Part shown: one piece after another, positions 10,161 through 20,516 of the stretch | Layout: every line of letters starts with the position of its first letter | How positions within the stretch are numbered: the stretch's first letter is position 1 | From: an uncultured Thermoleophilia bacterium | GTDB taxonomy: Bacteria; Actinomycetota; Thermoleophilia; UBA2241 | Direction of reading: 5' to 3' | NCBI GenBank assembly: GCA_963702475.1 | Contig: CAVPCT010000004.1 | Location: forward strand, 192,001 to 256,000 | DNA: 64,000 nt | Program-made: the position numbers and the translations under genes | The notes under the pieces: generated by a model | Seen by the model: only the letters and a program-made list of their open reading frames with translations | Databases searched by the model: none | What the model was told of the DNA's origin: nothing

Positions 10161-10922
10161 CTAGTTGGCGCTCGCGTTGCGAAGGCGCACCGTCGTCACC
10201 ACGTCGGTGAACTTGGGCGTGCGCGCGATGTTGGCGTCGCTGATCACACGCGCACGGATAGCGACGATGGTGCTGAACACCAGCGTCCCGCTCGTGTTGT
10301 CCGTCCACTGGACGGGGTCGGTCGGGGATGACCGGTAGCCATACTGGAACAGCGGCGTATACGTGCTGCCTCCCGTCGGAGGCACGTTCAGAGGGTCGGG
10401 AATCGAAGGGTTGACGACGTTCTTCGCCAGGATGATGGTCCGGTCCCCTGCGCCGTCGAAGCTGCCGTCGTCGTCCATGTCGCGCTTCAGGTAGAGCGTC
10501 TTCTGCACGGAGGCGACGGTCGGGGTCGCCTCGAGGTAGATCCACGTCTTGCGAATGGCCGTGACTCCGGTGCCGTCGTCGTCGGCGCCCAGGACGTTGT
10601 ACGCCGAGTAGAACTGCACGTCGTAGGGCCCGGCAAGCGTGATGGGGGGCTGACCGGCGGGCATCGCGGTCTCTGTGGGGACAGGCGAGGGCAGCGCCGT
10701 GGGCTGAGCCGCGCGGAGCTCGCTGGAGATGCGACTGATGGCGTCGCGGGCCGTGGCCCGCGAGTTGTTGGCGGCCACCGCGAAGTTGGCGCCGCGCTGC
10801 ATGTTGATCCACACGGTGACGAGGCCCGTGGTGATGATGCTCAGGATGATCATGGAGACGAGCACTTCGATGAGCGTGAGCCCTGCCTCGGCGTCCCGCC
10901 GCGTGACGCGTCTGCGCAGCAT
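10161..10922 (-). CDS. Type IV prepilin-like protein (PilW-like minor pilin)
   Basis: EAG|LTLIEVLVSMIILSII class III signal with E5; ISSELRAA; SD AGAGG. Confidence 0.85.
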   Translation of the reverse strand: MLRRRVTRRDAEAGLTLIEVLVSMIILSIITTGLVTVWINMQRGANFAVAANNSRATARDAISRISSELRAAQPTALPSPVPTETAMPAGQPPITLAGPYDVQFYSAYNVLGADDDGTGVTAIRKTWIYLEATPTVASVQKTLYLKRDMDDDGSFDGAGDRTIILAKNVVNPSIPDPLNVPPTGGSTYTPLFQYGYRSSPTDPVQWTDNTSGTLVFSTIVAIRARVISDANIARTPKFTDVVTTVRLRNASAN

Positions 10923-10933
10923 GTGACGTCCTC

Positions 10934-11818
10934 TCAGTCGCCGCCGGGGTACGTGTCGAACTTGATCTTGCCGCTCGTCCACAAACGGAACGGCGGGGCG
11001 GCCATGGTGTACGTGGCCTTGCTGCTCCTGCAGAAGACGGAGTAGGTGTAGTTGGGCCCCCCGACGAGACCTGTGAACTTGACCTCTTGGTTGGTCGAGG
11101 TAGGTAGGGCGCCCGGCGGCGATATCGGCGTCGGCGAGACCGTCGCGTTCGGCGTGACGTTCGTCTGCACGCGCCGGAGCTGGACTCCCGGCGATATCAC
11201 GTAGCTGTAGTTGTCGAAGTAGACGGTGAGGGTGAGGTTGGAGGGCTCCGTCTCGGACACGATGTTGATGCCCGCCCTGGAGTCGCGGATGATGGTCTGC
11301 GCCATCGTGACGTACGCGGAGCCTGGCCGGCTCACGTTCACCCTCACGTATTTCTGCAGGGAGGTGGGGTAGGGAGTCGGCGTGACGAAGTAGGTGACGG
11401 TGTACGTCGTCTCTTCACTGTACAGGTTGTACGCAGGCCCGAAGCGCCCGTCACCGAACGGGTTCGCGGTCGGGCTCGGCGAGTAGTTGAGGTTCCCCTC
11501 GGTGATGTCTGTGTAGCTCAGCAGGCGCACCTGTTCGAGACGGTCCTGCGCGATCGCGTTCCCGTCAACGCGGACCTCGTCCTCGCCAGTCCGGTCGAGC
11601 GCGTTCACGATCACCGGGCCTACGGCCGCGAAAACCACGCCGGCTATGATCACGGTGACCAGCAACTCGACCATGCTGAAGCCGGCCGAGCCGGTGTCGG
11701 CGAGAGGCCCCCTGCGACGAGACTGAGATCCGTGCTCGCGACGATGAACCTGGAAACCGATACGGTCGCCTCGGACCGGGCGCTGCGCTGCCAGGGAGGC
11801 GCTCCTCGGGTCTGCCAT
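10934..11818 (-). CDS. Type IV prepilin-like protein (PilV-like minor pilin)
   Basis: SAG|FSMVELLVTVIIAG; IAQDRLEQVRLLSY motif; SD AGGAG before ATG 11818. Confidence 0.85.
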   Translation of the reverse strand: MADPRSASLAAQRPVRGDRIGFQVHRREHGSQSRRRGPLADTGSAGFSMVELLVTVIIAGVVFAAVGPVIVNALDRTGEDEVRVDGNAIAQDRLEQVRLLSYTDITEGNLNYSPSPTANPFGDGRFGPAYNLYSEETTYTVTYFVTPTPYPTSLQKYVRVNVSRPGSAYVTMAQTIIRDSRAGINIVSETEPSNLTLTVYFDNYSYVISPGVQLRRVQTNVTPNATVSPTPISPPGALPTSTNQEVKFTGLVGGPNYTYSVFCRSSKATYTMAAPPFRLWTSGKIKFDTYPGGD

Positions 11819-11885
11819 AACCGCTCCTGTTCCGCCGGTGAAACGGAGAGTCCGCACCTAGGACTGGGACCCCTCCACTTCTCGC

Positions 11886-11912
11886 ATATCGACGCGATGG
11901 GCGAGAGCTTTA
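11886..11912 (-). promoter_or_regulatory. sigma28/WhiG-type promoter of the pilin operon
   Basis: TAAA-GCTCTCGCCCATCGC(15)-GTCGATAT on the minus strand. Confidence 0.7.
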
Positions 11913-12190
11913 GGCTCCAGCGATGGAAGGCGTCGTCAACTTAGACAGTAGTGACTCGCCCCAACGAGTCCACCGCGTCACGAAGGCACCAAGCCACTCG
12001 TGCTGGTGTTGACGCTTTGTCTTACCTGAGTACTACGACCTGACGTACCCACTCGCCATGCACAACGTTACCCACGCATAAGATACGGCAGAGTGCGGCG
12101 TTGACACGTTGGAACATTCGTCTACCCCGGGGCGGAGCGGGGGGCAGGCGAGGGCCTCGTCGACGTCCTACGGCCGGGGACCAGCCCGCC

Positions 12191-15154
12191 TCAGGGCAGC
12201 GTCTGCAGCTGGCTCAGCGTGTCCTGGAGCAGCTCGATCTGGCGGCCGTACTCGGCGAAGTCGCCGGCCTTGAGCGCCGCCTGGGCCGCCTCGAACTGCT
12301 GGTTGGCCTGCAGGATCAGCGCCTTGGCCTGGGCGCTCACGGGGCCGGCGGTGCCGCCGCCCGCTCCGTCCCCGCCCGTTCCGTCACCGCCGGTGCCGCC
12401 GGTGCCGCCGCCCACGCCCGGCGGCCCCGACGATGTCCCCGGGTCGTATGCCTCGCCGAAGGCGGCCACGAGCGCCTCGCCCAGAGTGGGCTCCATGGCC
12501 ACCACCTGCTCGGCGTTGCCCTGGCCGCCGGCCGGCGCCGGCGCCCGGTAGAAGACGATCACGCGCTTGAGCTGCGGAAGCTGCGTGTTCGTGGACTGCA
12601 GGTACAGCGGCTGCACGTACAGCAGCGAATCCTCGATGGGCGTGACGAGCAGGTTGCCCATGATCACCTCAGAGCCCTGCTGGCCCCACAGTGTGCGCTG
12701 CGCGCTGATGGCTGGATCCTGGTTGATGGTGGCCTCGACCTGGCTCGGCCCGAACACGGTGTAGCTGGAGGAGAAGACGTAGTTGAGTGCCGTGCCGTAG
12801 CCGGGCATGTCCGAGCGCGCTCCGAGCCAGGCGATCATGTTCTGGCGGCCGTTCGGCACGAACGGCAGCATGAGCAGGAACTCCTCCTTGGGGTTGCCCG
12901 GCAGCTTCATGATCACGTAGTAGGCGTCCATGCGCCCCGCGCCCGTCAGCGCCACGTTCTCGGGGATCTGCCACTGGTCGCCCTTGTTGTAGAGCACGTC
13001 GGGCTCGTCGACGTGGTACGAGGCGTAGACCTCGGACTGCACGCTGAAGAGGTCCTCGGGATAGCGGAGGTGGTCGAGCAGCGCCTGCGGCATCTCGTCC
13101 CTGGGCGTGAACAGCGTGGGGTACGCCGCCTGATACGTGCGCAGCAGCGGGTCCTCTGTGTCGAACACGAAGTACGTCATGGTGCCGTTGTAGGCGTCGA
13201 CCACGATCTTCACCGAGTTGCGCAGGTAGTTGACGCCGCTCTGCGGCGTGGAGTAGGGAACGCGATCGGTGGTCGTGTACGCGTCCTGAACCCACCACAG
13301 CCGGCCGTCGGCGATGACCATGTACGGGTCCTGGTCCAAGGTGAGGAACGGGGCCGCGCTCGAGATACGCTCCCGGATCGCGTTGCGGATGATGATCTTG
13401 CTCTCATCCTGGATGGACGACGTGGTGAAGAACTTGATCGTCCCGAGGCGCACGCTGAACGCCAGTCGGTTGAGGAGCGGCGCGATGGGGATGCCGCCGC
13501 TGCCGTCGTATTCCGCATACACGTCGCCGCTGGGGCCGGGGTAGTCGAACTCCCGGTCGGTCGTGCCGACCAGGCTGTAGCCGGTGCCGCGCTCGCCGTA
13601 GTAGATGCGCGGCTGCGTGATCTCGAGGCCCTTGACGCTCTGCGGCGGTACGTCCTGCACGAGGAAGTCGGGAGAGCCGTCGTTGGTCACCTGGTTCACG
13701 GCCGACATGGCCACGCCGAAGCCGTGCGTGTAGGTGATGTGCTGGTTCACCCACGTCTGCGCCTGCGCGGGCAACCCGTCGATGTTGAGCTCGCGCGCGG
13801 AAAGCATGGTCTGCCGGTAGACGCCGTTCACCGTGTAGCGGTCAACATCGGCGTCGAGGAAGGCGTAGTACGGGCGCAGCTCCTGCAGCTGGCGGTAGCT
13901 GGTCACCAGGGTGTTGGGATCCCACAGACGGGTGTTGCGCAGTGTCGGCTGGTTGGCCACGAGCGTCTTCGCCGTGAGCGGCTCCGTGGGCGAGAGCGGC
14001 TGCTGCTCGATCTCGTCGAGCTTGTACGCCGCCCTGGTCGCGGCGATGTTGTGGGCGATGTACTCGCGCTCCTTGGTGAGCTGGTTCGGGTTGACGATGA
14101 GCGACTGGTACGCCGCCGGCACGATGCCGCGCAGCACGATGAGCGCGACGACCCACACGCCGATGGCCAGTGGCCACCACTGGCGCCGCCGCCACACGTT
14201 GAAGACGAGCACGGCGGCGAGGGCGAACGCTATGGCCATGAGCGCGTACATGAGCGGCAATCGGATGTGTACGTCCGTGTAGCCCGCGCCGTACACCGCG
14301 CCGGCCGTCGAGTAGAGAAGGTTCCAGCCGCGGAACAGCTGGCCGACGCCGGTCACGACGAAGATGGCGGCGAGCAGCGCCGAGAGGTGCGCCACGGCGC
14401 GTGCGCCCAGCTTGAGGTCGATCTGCGGGATCTGCGTGGGCGTACGCGCGGCGCCGAAGGGGTTGCGCGGGTCGGTGAAGCGCGGCTGGCCCTGTTCCGC
14501 GCCGGGCGCGGGCTTGGCGATGAAGTCGATGCCCCCCATGACGAGGTGCATGACGGCGGTGAGGATGAGCGCCACGACGAGTGCGGCGAAGACGAAGCCC
14601 TGTACGGTCTGCCACATGGGCAGCGAGAACACGTAGAAGCCCGTGTCGTGCCCGAAGATCGGGTCGGTCTGGCCGAAGGGCACCTGCTTGAGGTACAGCA
14701 GGAACGTCTGCCAGTCGGACGACAGGGAGCTGGCGGCCACGAGGGCGGCCACGACGCAGACGGCCAGGCCGCCCCAGCCCACCAAGCGCTTGACGCGGTC
14801 GCTGCGCGGCTCGAGCAGGTCGCCGGACGAGGTGACGCGATAGCTCGGCGCCAGGCGCCGCGCCAGCTCCACGTTGGGCCACACGATGGCGAGGAACGCG
14901 GCGAACCCGATGAGCGCGATGATGATGCGCCACCAGAACCCGGTCCAGAAGACCGGCCGGAAGCCCACCTCGCCGAACCAGAGCCAGTCCACGTACAGGC
15001 CGAGGATGCGCCCCGAGAGGGCGACCAGCGCGATGACCGCCACGACCACGACCGCGATGACGATGCGCCGGCGCCGGTGGTCGCCCGTGCGCGGCTTCGA
15101 GGGCTTCTTGGGACCCTTGCTGCGCTTGGGATCGATGGGGCGGACGTTGTCCAT
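12191..15154 (-). CDS. UPF0182 family membrane protein
   Basis: YVDWLWFGEVGF, DPIFGHDTGFYVFSLP, DVDRY, WVNQHITYTHGFG, NYLRNSVK, HLRYP, GNLL. CATACT -10 sits 6 nt before the ATG (leaderless). Confidence 0.95.
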   Translation of the reverse strand: MDNVRPIDPKRSKGPKKPSKPRTGDHRRRRIVIAVVVVAVIALVALSGRILGLYVDWLWFGEVGFRPVFWTGFWWRIIIALIGFAAFLAIVWPNVELARRLAPSYRVTSSGDLLEPRSDRVKRLVGWGGLAVCVVAALVAASSLSSDWQTFLLYLKQVPFGQTDPIFGHDTGFYVFSLPMWQTVQGFVFAALVVALILTAVMHLVMGGIDFIAKPAPGAEQGQPRFTDPRNPFGAARTPTQIPQIDLKLGARAVAHLSALLAAIFVVTGVGQLFRGWNLLYSTAGAVYGAGYTDVHIRLPLMYALMAIAFALAAVLVFNVWRRRQWWPLAIGVWVVALIVLRGIVPAAYQSLIVNPNQLTKEREYIAHNIAATRAAYKLDEIEQQPLSPTEPLTAKTLVANQPTLRNTRLWDPNTLVTSYRQLQELRPYYAFLDADVDRYTVNGVYRQTMLSARELNIDGLPAQAQTWVNQHITYTHGFGVAMSAVNQVTNDGSPDFLVQDVPPQSVKGLEITQPRIYYGERGTGYSLVGTTDREFDYPGPSGDVYAEYDGSGGIPIAPLLNRLAFSVRLGTIKFFTTSSIQDESKIIIRNAIRERISSAAPFLTLDQDPYMVIADGRLWWVQDAYTTTDRVPYSTPQSGVNYLRNSVKIVVDAYNGTMTYFVFDTEDPLLRTYQAAYPTLFTPRDEMPQALLDHLRYPEDLFSVQSEVYASYHVDEPDVLYNKGDQWQIPENVALTGAGRMDAYYVIMKLPGNPKEEFLLMLPFVPNGRQNMIAWLGARSDMPGYGTALNYVFSSSYTVFGPSQVEATINQDPAISAQRTLWGQQGSEVIMGNLLVTPIEDSLLYVQPLYLQSTNTQLPQLKRVIVFYRAPAPAGGQGNAEQVVAMEPTLGEALVAAFGEAYDPGTSSGPPGVGGGTGGTGGDGTGGDGAGGGTAGPVSAQAKALILQANQQFEAAQAALKAGDFAEYGRQIELLQDTLSQLQTLP

Positions 15155-15307
15155 GCGCCTAGTATGAACCCTTTGCGCCCGCGAGACACAACGGGGGCGG
15201 CGAGAGCGCGTACGGGATCAGGGGTCCCCGCGGGCGGGGCACGGACTGCCGGACCGGCCGACGGGGCGCCTTGGCGGGCCGGCGGAAGCGCTGCCCCGGC
15301 CGGCCCG

Positions 15308-17890
15308 TCAGTTGGGCTCGGCCTTCTCCGCGCGGACCATGGCCGTGAAACGCTGGACCATCACCGGGTCCAGCTCGCGCGCGGCGACCTGACGAAGGTC
15401 GTCCAGGCTGTCGCCGTTCTGCGCGGTGAAGTCGAAGCGGCGGCAGACGGCGAACGCCCGGGCCACTCGTGGGATGGCGCTGCCACGCCGGCCCTCGGGA
15501 TAGCCCAGGCCGTCCCAGCGTTCGCTGCCGTAGATGAGCGCGTCCACCACACGGTTGCGCACGTCCGCCGGCAGCGCATCGCCGTTGCGGGCCGACCCGA
15601 GGATGCCCTGCACCTCGGCCTGCAGGCTAGCGTCGTTCTCCACAGCGGCCAGCGCCGTGACCAGGCCGACGGTCTCGGCCTCGTTGAGGCCGATGAAGTC
15701 GGCGAAGCGGCGCCCGAGGGCCCCCAGGCCGCCCTCAAGGTCTTCGAGTGGGGCGGCCGGGCCGGCGCCGGCGAGACACACGCGGTCGCGCCCCAGCGCC
15801 TTCGCGCGCAGCAGCGCCGCGTCGGCGGCCGCCAGCAGTCCTTCGCTGGTCTCGGCCGACTCCGGGTAGGCGGCCACCCCGGCCGACACGCTGACGCGCA
15901 GGCCGGCGTGACCGACGTCGATGTCCGCGACACCGCTTCTGATGCGGTGTGCCAGCGAAACGGCCTCCTGAAGGTAGGTGTGCGGCAGGACGACGGCGAA
16001 CTCCTCGCCCCCGTAGCGGGCGAGGTAGTCCGTCTCCCGGGAGCAGCTGCGCAGCACGTCGCTGACGGCGCGCAGCACTTCGTCGCCCTTCTGGTGTCCG
16101 ACGGTGTCGTTGACCGCTTTGAAGTGGTCCAGATCCAGCATCAACAGGCAGAAGCTCTCCCCGTACCGCCCGGCGCGGCGCGTCGCAAGATCCAGCGTGT
16201 CGTGGAAGTGCCGGTGGTTGTGAAGGCCGGTGAGGCCGTCGGTGATCGCCCGCCGCTCGAGCTCCTCGTACGCCTGCGAGTTCTGGATGGCGATGGCCGC
16301 CATGTTGGCGAACAGCTGGGCCACCTCCAGCTCCTGGTCCTCGAAGGTCCGGCCGCCCAGACGCTCCACGGCCAGCACGCCGGTCGTCGTGCCGCGAAGC
16401 CTTAGCGGCACGACCAGCGAGGCGTGCGGACGCCGCTCGGCCTCGCCGTTGACGTGCGCCACGCGGGGGTCGGTGGTGCCGTCATTGACGATCTGGGCGC
16501 TGCCGTGCTGGGCGACCCAGCCGCGGAGGCTGCCCTCCATCGACGGCCGCAGCGCCAGAAGGTCCGCCGCGTCCTCACCGGTCGCGTAGATGCAGATGAG
16601 CTCGCGTGTGACCCGGTCGACGAGGCGGATGTCCAGGGAGTCGTACTCCACCACCTCCCTGAGCATCGTGCCGATCTCCCGCAGCACGGCCTCGCGGTCG
16701 AGGGTCCCCAGCAGAGTGGTGCTCACGTCCAGCAGCCGGTGCCGCAGGGCGAGTTGCCGCTCCAGCTGGTGCGATACGGTCTGCGCCTCCTCGTATTGCC
16801 GCGCGTTGCGGATCGCGATGGCGGTGAGGTTGGCGAACAGCTTGGCCGACTCCAGCTCGGCCTCCGAGAAGGTGCGCTCGCCCATGCGGTCGAGCGCGAG
16901 CACCCCCATCACCGAGCCGCCGACCGAGAGCGGCGCGACGATGGACGCCTGAGGGACCCACTCGGTGCCCGGCACGAGAGCCCCGCGCGGGTCACTCAGC
17001 ATGTCGTTGACGAGTTGCGCCTCGTTGTGAGAGACCACCCACCCGCTGACGCCGACGTCGAGCGGGGCCCGCCAGCTTGTCATCTGCGCAAGCTCCCGAT
17101 CACTGGCGAACGCGCAGTACAGCTCGCGAGCCGCTTCGTCGACCAGACGGATCTCCATGGCGTCGTAGTCGACGAAGCCCTTGAGCAGCGCGCCCACCCG
17201 CGTGAACAGCTCCCGTTGATCGAGCGTGGTGAGCAACGCCGCGCTCAGCTCGATCAGCCCATGGCGCAGCTCGAGCTGCGCCTCCAGCTGCGCCGTGGCG
17301 TCTTCGAGCGCCTTGTACTGGCGGGCGTTCTCGATGGCCACCGAGGCGTGCGCGACGAAGACCTCGAGCGACTTCACGAGGTCGAGGCTGGGGACCCGTC
17401 TGTCCCTGGGATCGGACAGGTCCAGGACGCCGACGATCTCACGCCGCTTGTCGAAGAGCGGCACGAAGAGCTCGTCGTTCGACTGCCACTCGTGCGGGTT
17501 CCGAGGACCCAGCTCGAGCGGCGGGAGGTAGTGCAGCTGCTCCTCGGTCCACTTGTGCGTGGGGTCGATGAAGAAGGACGTGCCGACCTGGTACTGCGGG
17601 ATGAGGAGCTCGTCCAGCACACGCCGCGGGATGGGACGGTCGAACAGAACGCCGTCGTACTCGGGGTGCTCGCCGGCCGTGGCGTGCACACGGAACGTAT
17701 CCCCGTCCGGCTCGACGAGGTAGAGGGCCGTCTCGCGGAACCCGAACGTCCGGCCCACCGACGAGACGACCACGCCGACGATATCGTTGAGCTCGAGACT
17801 GGCCTGCAGCTCGTTGGCGAGCGTGACCAGGCCGCGCATGAGCTCGACCTCGTTGCGGTCGGTCTTTCGATTCCTCACGCGAAACGCCAT
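15308..17890 (-). CDS. Diguanylate cyclase: 3 GAF + GGDEF + degenerate HD-GYP tail
   Basis: Three GAF repeats ending AIENARQY / AIRNARQY / AIQNSQAY; TDGLTGLHN, DLDHFKAVND, I-site RETD, GGEEF; tail ERWDGLGYP lacks the metal-binding His residues. Confidence 0.92.
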   Translation of the reverse strand: MAFRVRNRKTDRNEVELMRGLVTLANELQASLELNDIVGVVVSSVGRTFGFRETALYLVEPDGDTFRVHATAGEHPEYDGVLFDRPIPRRVLDELLIPQYQVGTSFFIDPTHKWTEEQLHYLPPLELGPRNPHEWQSNDELFVPLFDKRREIVGVLDLSDPRDRRVPSLDLVKSLEVFVAHASVAIENARQYKALEDATAQLEAQLELRHGLIELSAALLTTLDQRELFTRVGALLKGFVDYDAMEIRLVDEAARELYCAFASDRELAQMTSWRAPLDVGVSGWVVSHNEAQLVNDMLSDPRGALVPGTEWVPQASIVAPLSVGGSVMGVLALDRMGERTFSEAELESAKLFANLTAIAIRNARQYEEAQTVSHQLERQLALRHRLLDVSTTLLGTLDREAVLREIGTMLREVVEYDSLDIRLVDRVTRELICIYATGEDAADLLALRPSMEGSLRGWVAQHGSAQIVNDGTTDPRVAHVNGEAERRPHASLVVPLRLRGTTTGVLAVERLGGRTFEDQELEVAQLFANMAAIAIQNSQAYEELERRAITDGLTGLHNHRHFHDTLDLATRRAGRYGESFCLLMLDLDHFKAVNDTVGHQKGDEVLRAVSDVLRSCSRETDYLARYGGEEFAVVLPHTYLQEAVSLAHRIRSGVADIDVGHAGLRVSVSAGVAAYPESAETSEGLLAAADAALLRAKALGRDRVCLAGAGPAAPLEDLEGGLGALGRRFADFIGLNEAETVGLVTALAAVENDASLQAEVQGILGSARNGDALPADVRNRVVDALIYGSERWDGLGYPEGRRGSAIPRVARAFAVCRRFDFTAQNGDSLDDLRQVAARELDPVMVQRFTAMVRAEKAEPN

Positions 17891-18048
17891 GCCGGCTCCT
17901 GCTCGACGCGCCGCACCCGGATTGTACCCGGCCGCCCAACGGCGCGAAGACTGTGTCCACTCGCCCGCGGAGCCTCGCCCCACGGCCGGGGCGGGCCGGC
18001 AGCCATCTGTGTCGTCAGGCCGTAGAGATACTTGAGGGGAACGTTCGC

Positions 18049-18867
18049 CTACTCGCCGAGCCGCAGGATCGCCCGGGCCTCGTCCGGCGTTGCGGTCTTG
18101 CGACCCCATTCACCCGCGAGACGGGCCGCTCGCCCGACCAGTTCGGCGTTCTCTTTCGCCAACACGCCCTTGTGAAGGTAGATGTTGTCCTCGAACCCGA
18201 GGCGGACGTTGCCGCCAAGGGCGAGAGCGGTCATCGTGACCGGCATGTGCCAGCGGCCGATGCCGGTGCACGTCCAGGTCGACCCCTCGGGAATGCGGTC
18301 GACCAGGAAGACGAGGTTGCGTGGCTCGCCGCTCATGCTGCCCGGCACGCCCAGCACGAAGTCCCAGTGCAGCAGCGGGCCGGCCGGGCCGTTCTGCTTG
18401 ACCAGCCGCAGGGCGTTGTCGATCTGCCCGGCCTCGAAGATCTCGAACTCGGGGCGCACGCCCGCCGCCTGCATGCGCCGGTAGAACTCGCCCATCAGGG
18501 CCGTGTCGTTGAAGAACACCTCGTCGCCGAAGTTGGCGGTGCCGGTGGTCAACGACGCCATCTCCGGCTTGAGCGCGAGCGGCTGAAGACGCTCGTCGGC
18601 CGTCATCCCCATGGCGCCGCCGGTGCTGGTCTGGATGATGATGTCCGTGCGCCTGCGGATCTCCTCGATGGCCGCGGCGAACGCCTCGCGGGCCTGCGTG
18701 GGGTTCGCCTCGGCGTCGCGCACGTGCAGGTGATACATCGCGGCGCCGGCCTCACGGCAACGGGCGGCGTCGGCGCCGATCTCCGCGGCCGTCACCGGCA
18801 GGGCCGGCTGGGCCTCTTTGGTGGTCTCGGCGCCGACGCCGGCCACGGTGATGATGAGCTTCTCCAT
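18049..18867 (-). CDS. kce: 3-keto-5-aminohexanoate cleavage enzyme (BKACE family)
   Basis: GAET, Zn ligands HLH and RLGFED, STGG, KPEMASL, NFGDEVFFN, GIGRWH. Confidence 0.9.
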   Translation of the reverse strand: MEKLIITVAGVGAETTKEAQPALPVTAAEIGADAARCREAGAAMYHLHVRDAEANPTQAREAFAAAIEEIRRRTDIIIQTSTGGAMGMTADERLQPLALKPEMASLTTGTANFGDEVFFNDTALMGEFYRRMQAAGVRPEFEIFEAGQIDNALRLVKQNGPAGPLLHWDFVLGVPGSMSGEPRNLVFLVDRIPEGSTWTCTGIGRWHMPVTMTALALGGNVRLGFEDNIYLHKGVLAKENAELVGRAARLAGEWGRKTATPDEARAILRLGE

Positions 18868-18952
18868 CGTCGTCCCCCTCCGGCGCCTGAGGCGTCGCCC
18901 GGGCGCCGCCTGACGGTCTCCTCGCGAACGGCTGCGGCGCCGCCTCGTGTGT

Positions 18953-20221
18953 CTACTTCGTATACGGGTACGCCTGGTTCACGTACGCGAGGCTCTCCTC
19001 CACGACCGCGAGAGCGCGGTCCAGGTCGGCTTCTGTGTGACGGTAGCAGATGTACCAGTGATGGTACGGCTGGACGAAGAGCCCGCGGCGGATGCACTGC
19101 GTGTAGAACTCGGTGCGCCGCTCGCGGTAGTGGTCGTCGACGTGGTCGAAGGTGAGGAAGGGCATCGGCGGGATGCCGCTCTTCGTGACCGGCACGCCGG
19201 AGGCGTCCACGATCGCGCCCAGCCCGTCCAGGAATCTCGTGCCGCGCTCCCAGATGGCGTCCTGCACCTTCTCGCGCTCGAGGATCTCGAGGCACTTCAT
19301 GCTGGCCGCCATCTCCAGGCTGTTGGGGAAGTAGGTGGAGCTGAGGAAGGCGTCCTTGACGTAGACACTCAGGACCTCGCGCCTGCCGACCAGCGCGGCG
19401 ATCGAGTAGCCGTTGGCCATGGCCTTGCCGACGGTGGTGATGTCCGGCGTCACGCCGTAGCGCTCGCTGGCGCCGCCCATGGCGACACGGAAGCCGGTGC
19501 GGATCTCGTCGAAGCACACCGGCACGTCGTTGCCGTGGCAGAGGTCGACGAGCGCCTGCAGGTAACCGTCGGGCGGCGTGATGATCGGCAGGGCCATCGG
19601 GTGGCCGACGGGGGTGATGATGACGCCGGCGATCTCGCCCGGGTTCTCGGCGAACACGCGCTCAAGGTCGCCGAGGTCGCCGTACTCGAACTCGACGGTG
19701 AGGTCGGTGACGGCCCTGGGCACGCCGCCGTGGTGCTCCACGCACCAATCTCCCCAGCCGTGGTAGCCGCAGCGCGCGATCTTGTCGCGGCCGGTGTAGG
19801 CGCGCATGGCGCGCACGGCCGCGTTGGTCGCGTCCGAGCCGGTCTTGACGAGGATGGTCTGCTCTCCGCAGGGCATGATCTCGGCGAGACGCTCCTCGAG
19901 CTCGTTCTGCAGGGGCTGCACGAGGCTGAAGCAGAAGCCCTTCTCCATCTGCGCCTTGGCGGCGTCGTTGATCTCCGTCTCCACGTAACCGAGGATGATC
20001 GGCCCGTAGGCGCAGAGCATGTCGATGTACTCGTTGCCGTCCACGTCGACGATGTGACCGCCGTGGCCGTGGGTGATGAACACGGGATACTCGCCGACCA
20101 CGAAGTTGTAGGGCCGGCGGATGCCGCCGACGCCGCCGGGGGTGAGCCGCTGGGCGTCCTCGAGCATGGCCATGGACTTGGTGAGGGTGAGCTTGGGGGC
20201 GCTCTCGACGGGCTTCGTCAT
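18953..20221 (-). CDS. kat: Class III aminotransferase, probable 3-aminobutyryl-CoA aminotransferase
   Basis: GIRRPYNF, KGFCFSL, KTGSDAT, YHGW, FDEIRTGFR, PLP Lys GKAMANG, QPYHH-YICYRH. From recall these match Kat of Ca. Cloacimonas acidaminovorans; adjacent to kce. Confidence 0.75.
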   Translation of the reverse strand: MTKPVESAPKLTLTKSMAMLEDAQRLTPGGVGGIRRPYNFVVGEYPVFITHGHGGHIVDVDGNEYIDMLCAYGPIILGYVETEINDAAKAQMEKGFCFSLVQPLQNELEERLAEIMPCGEQTILVKTGSDATNAAVRAMRAYTGRDKIARCGYHGWGDWCVEHHGGVPRAVTDLTVEFEYGDLGDLERVFAENPGEIAGVIITPVGHPMALPIITPPDGYLQALVDLCHGNDVPVCFDEIRTGFRVAMGGASERYGVTPDITTVGKAMANGYSIAALVGRREVLSVYVKDAFLSSTYFPNSLEMAASMKCLEILEREKVQDAIWERGTRFLDGLGAIVDASGVPVTKSGIPPMPFLTFDHVDDHYRERRTEFYTQCIRRGLFVQPYHHWYICYRHTEADLDRALAVVEESLAYVNQAYPYTK

Positions 20222-20287
20222 CTGGGCTCCTTTGGAGGTCGAGGCGGAAGGGCTGCGTCGGTCGCGAAAGGCGGACACGACCGGGTC

Positions 20288-20335
20288 TCAGCCGGGGTCC
20301 GGCCAGAGGCGGCTGTAGATGTGGAGGATGGTCAA
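20288..20335 (-). CDS. Putative leader peptide MTILHIYSRLWPDPG upstream of kat
   Basis: SD GGAGG (20342-20346) 6 nt before TTG 20335; stop 66 nt before the kat ATG. Confidence 0.4.
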   Translation of the reverse strand: MTILHIYSRLWPDPG

Positions 20336-20516
20336 CCTTGGCCTCCGAGCTTCGCGCAGGCCGCGTGCGTGCGGCCGACGCGTCCGTAGAGCGTACCGGA
20401 TGCGGACGCGACCGGCATCGATCGGCGCTGCCCGCAACGGACAGGCGGCGGCGGCCGCTTCGCCAGGATGGCGACCCCGTGGCGGCCGGCTTTGAGACAG
20501 GTCCTCCGCCCGCGGG

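Noticed and set aside
11913-12190. c-di-GMP riboswitch upstream of the pilin operon
   Set aside because: No GGCAAA/GAAA/GACGCAAA class I signature found on either strand.
12101-16405. 1434-aa + strand ORF and other long ORFs (30781..33780, 35009..37048, 47895..49997, 54765..56891, 57184..59781)
   Set aside because: Antisense shadows of well-supported genes, typical of high-GC codon bias; no recognisable motifs.
18953-20221. Annotation as hemL (glutamate-1-semialdehyde aminomutase)
   Set aside because: Lacks the HemL PGGVNSPVR and YHGH motifs (has PGGVGGIRR and YHGW) and sits next to kce; fits Kat better.
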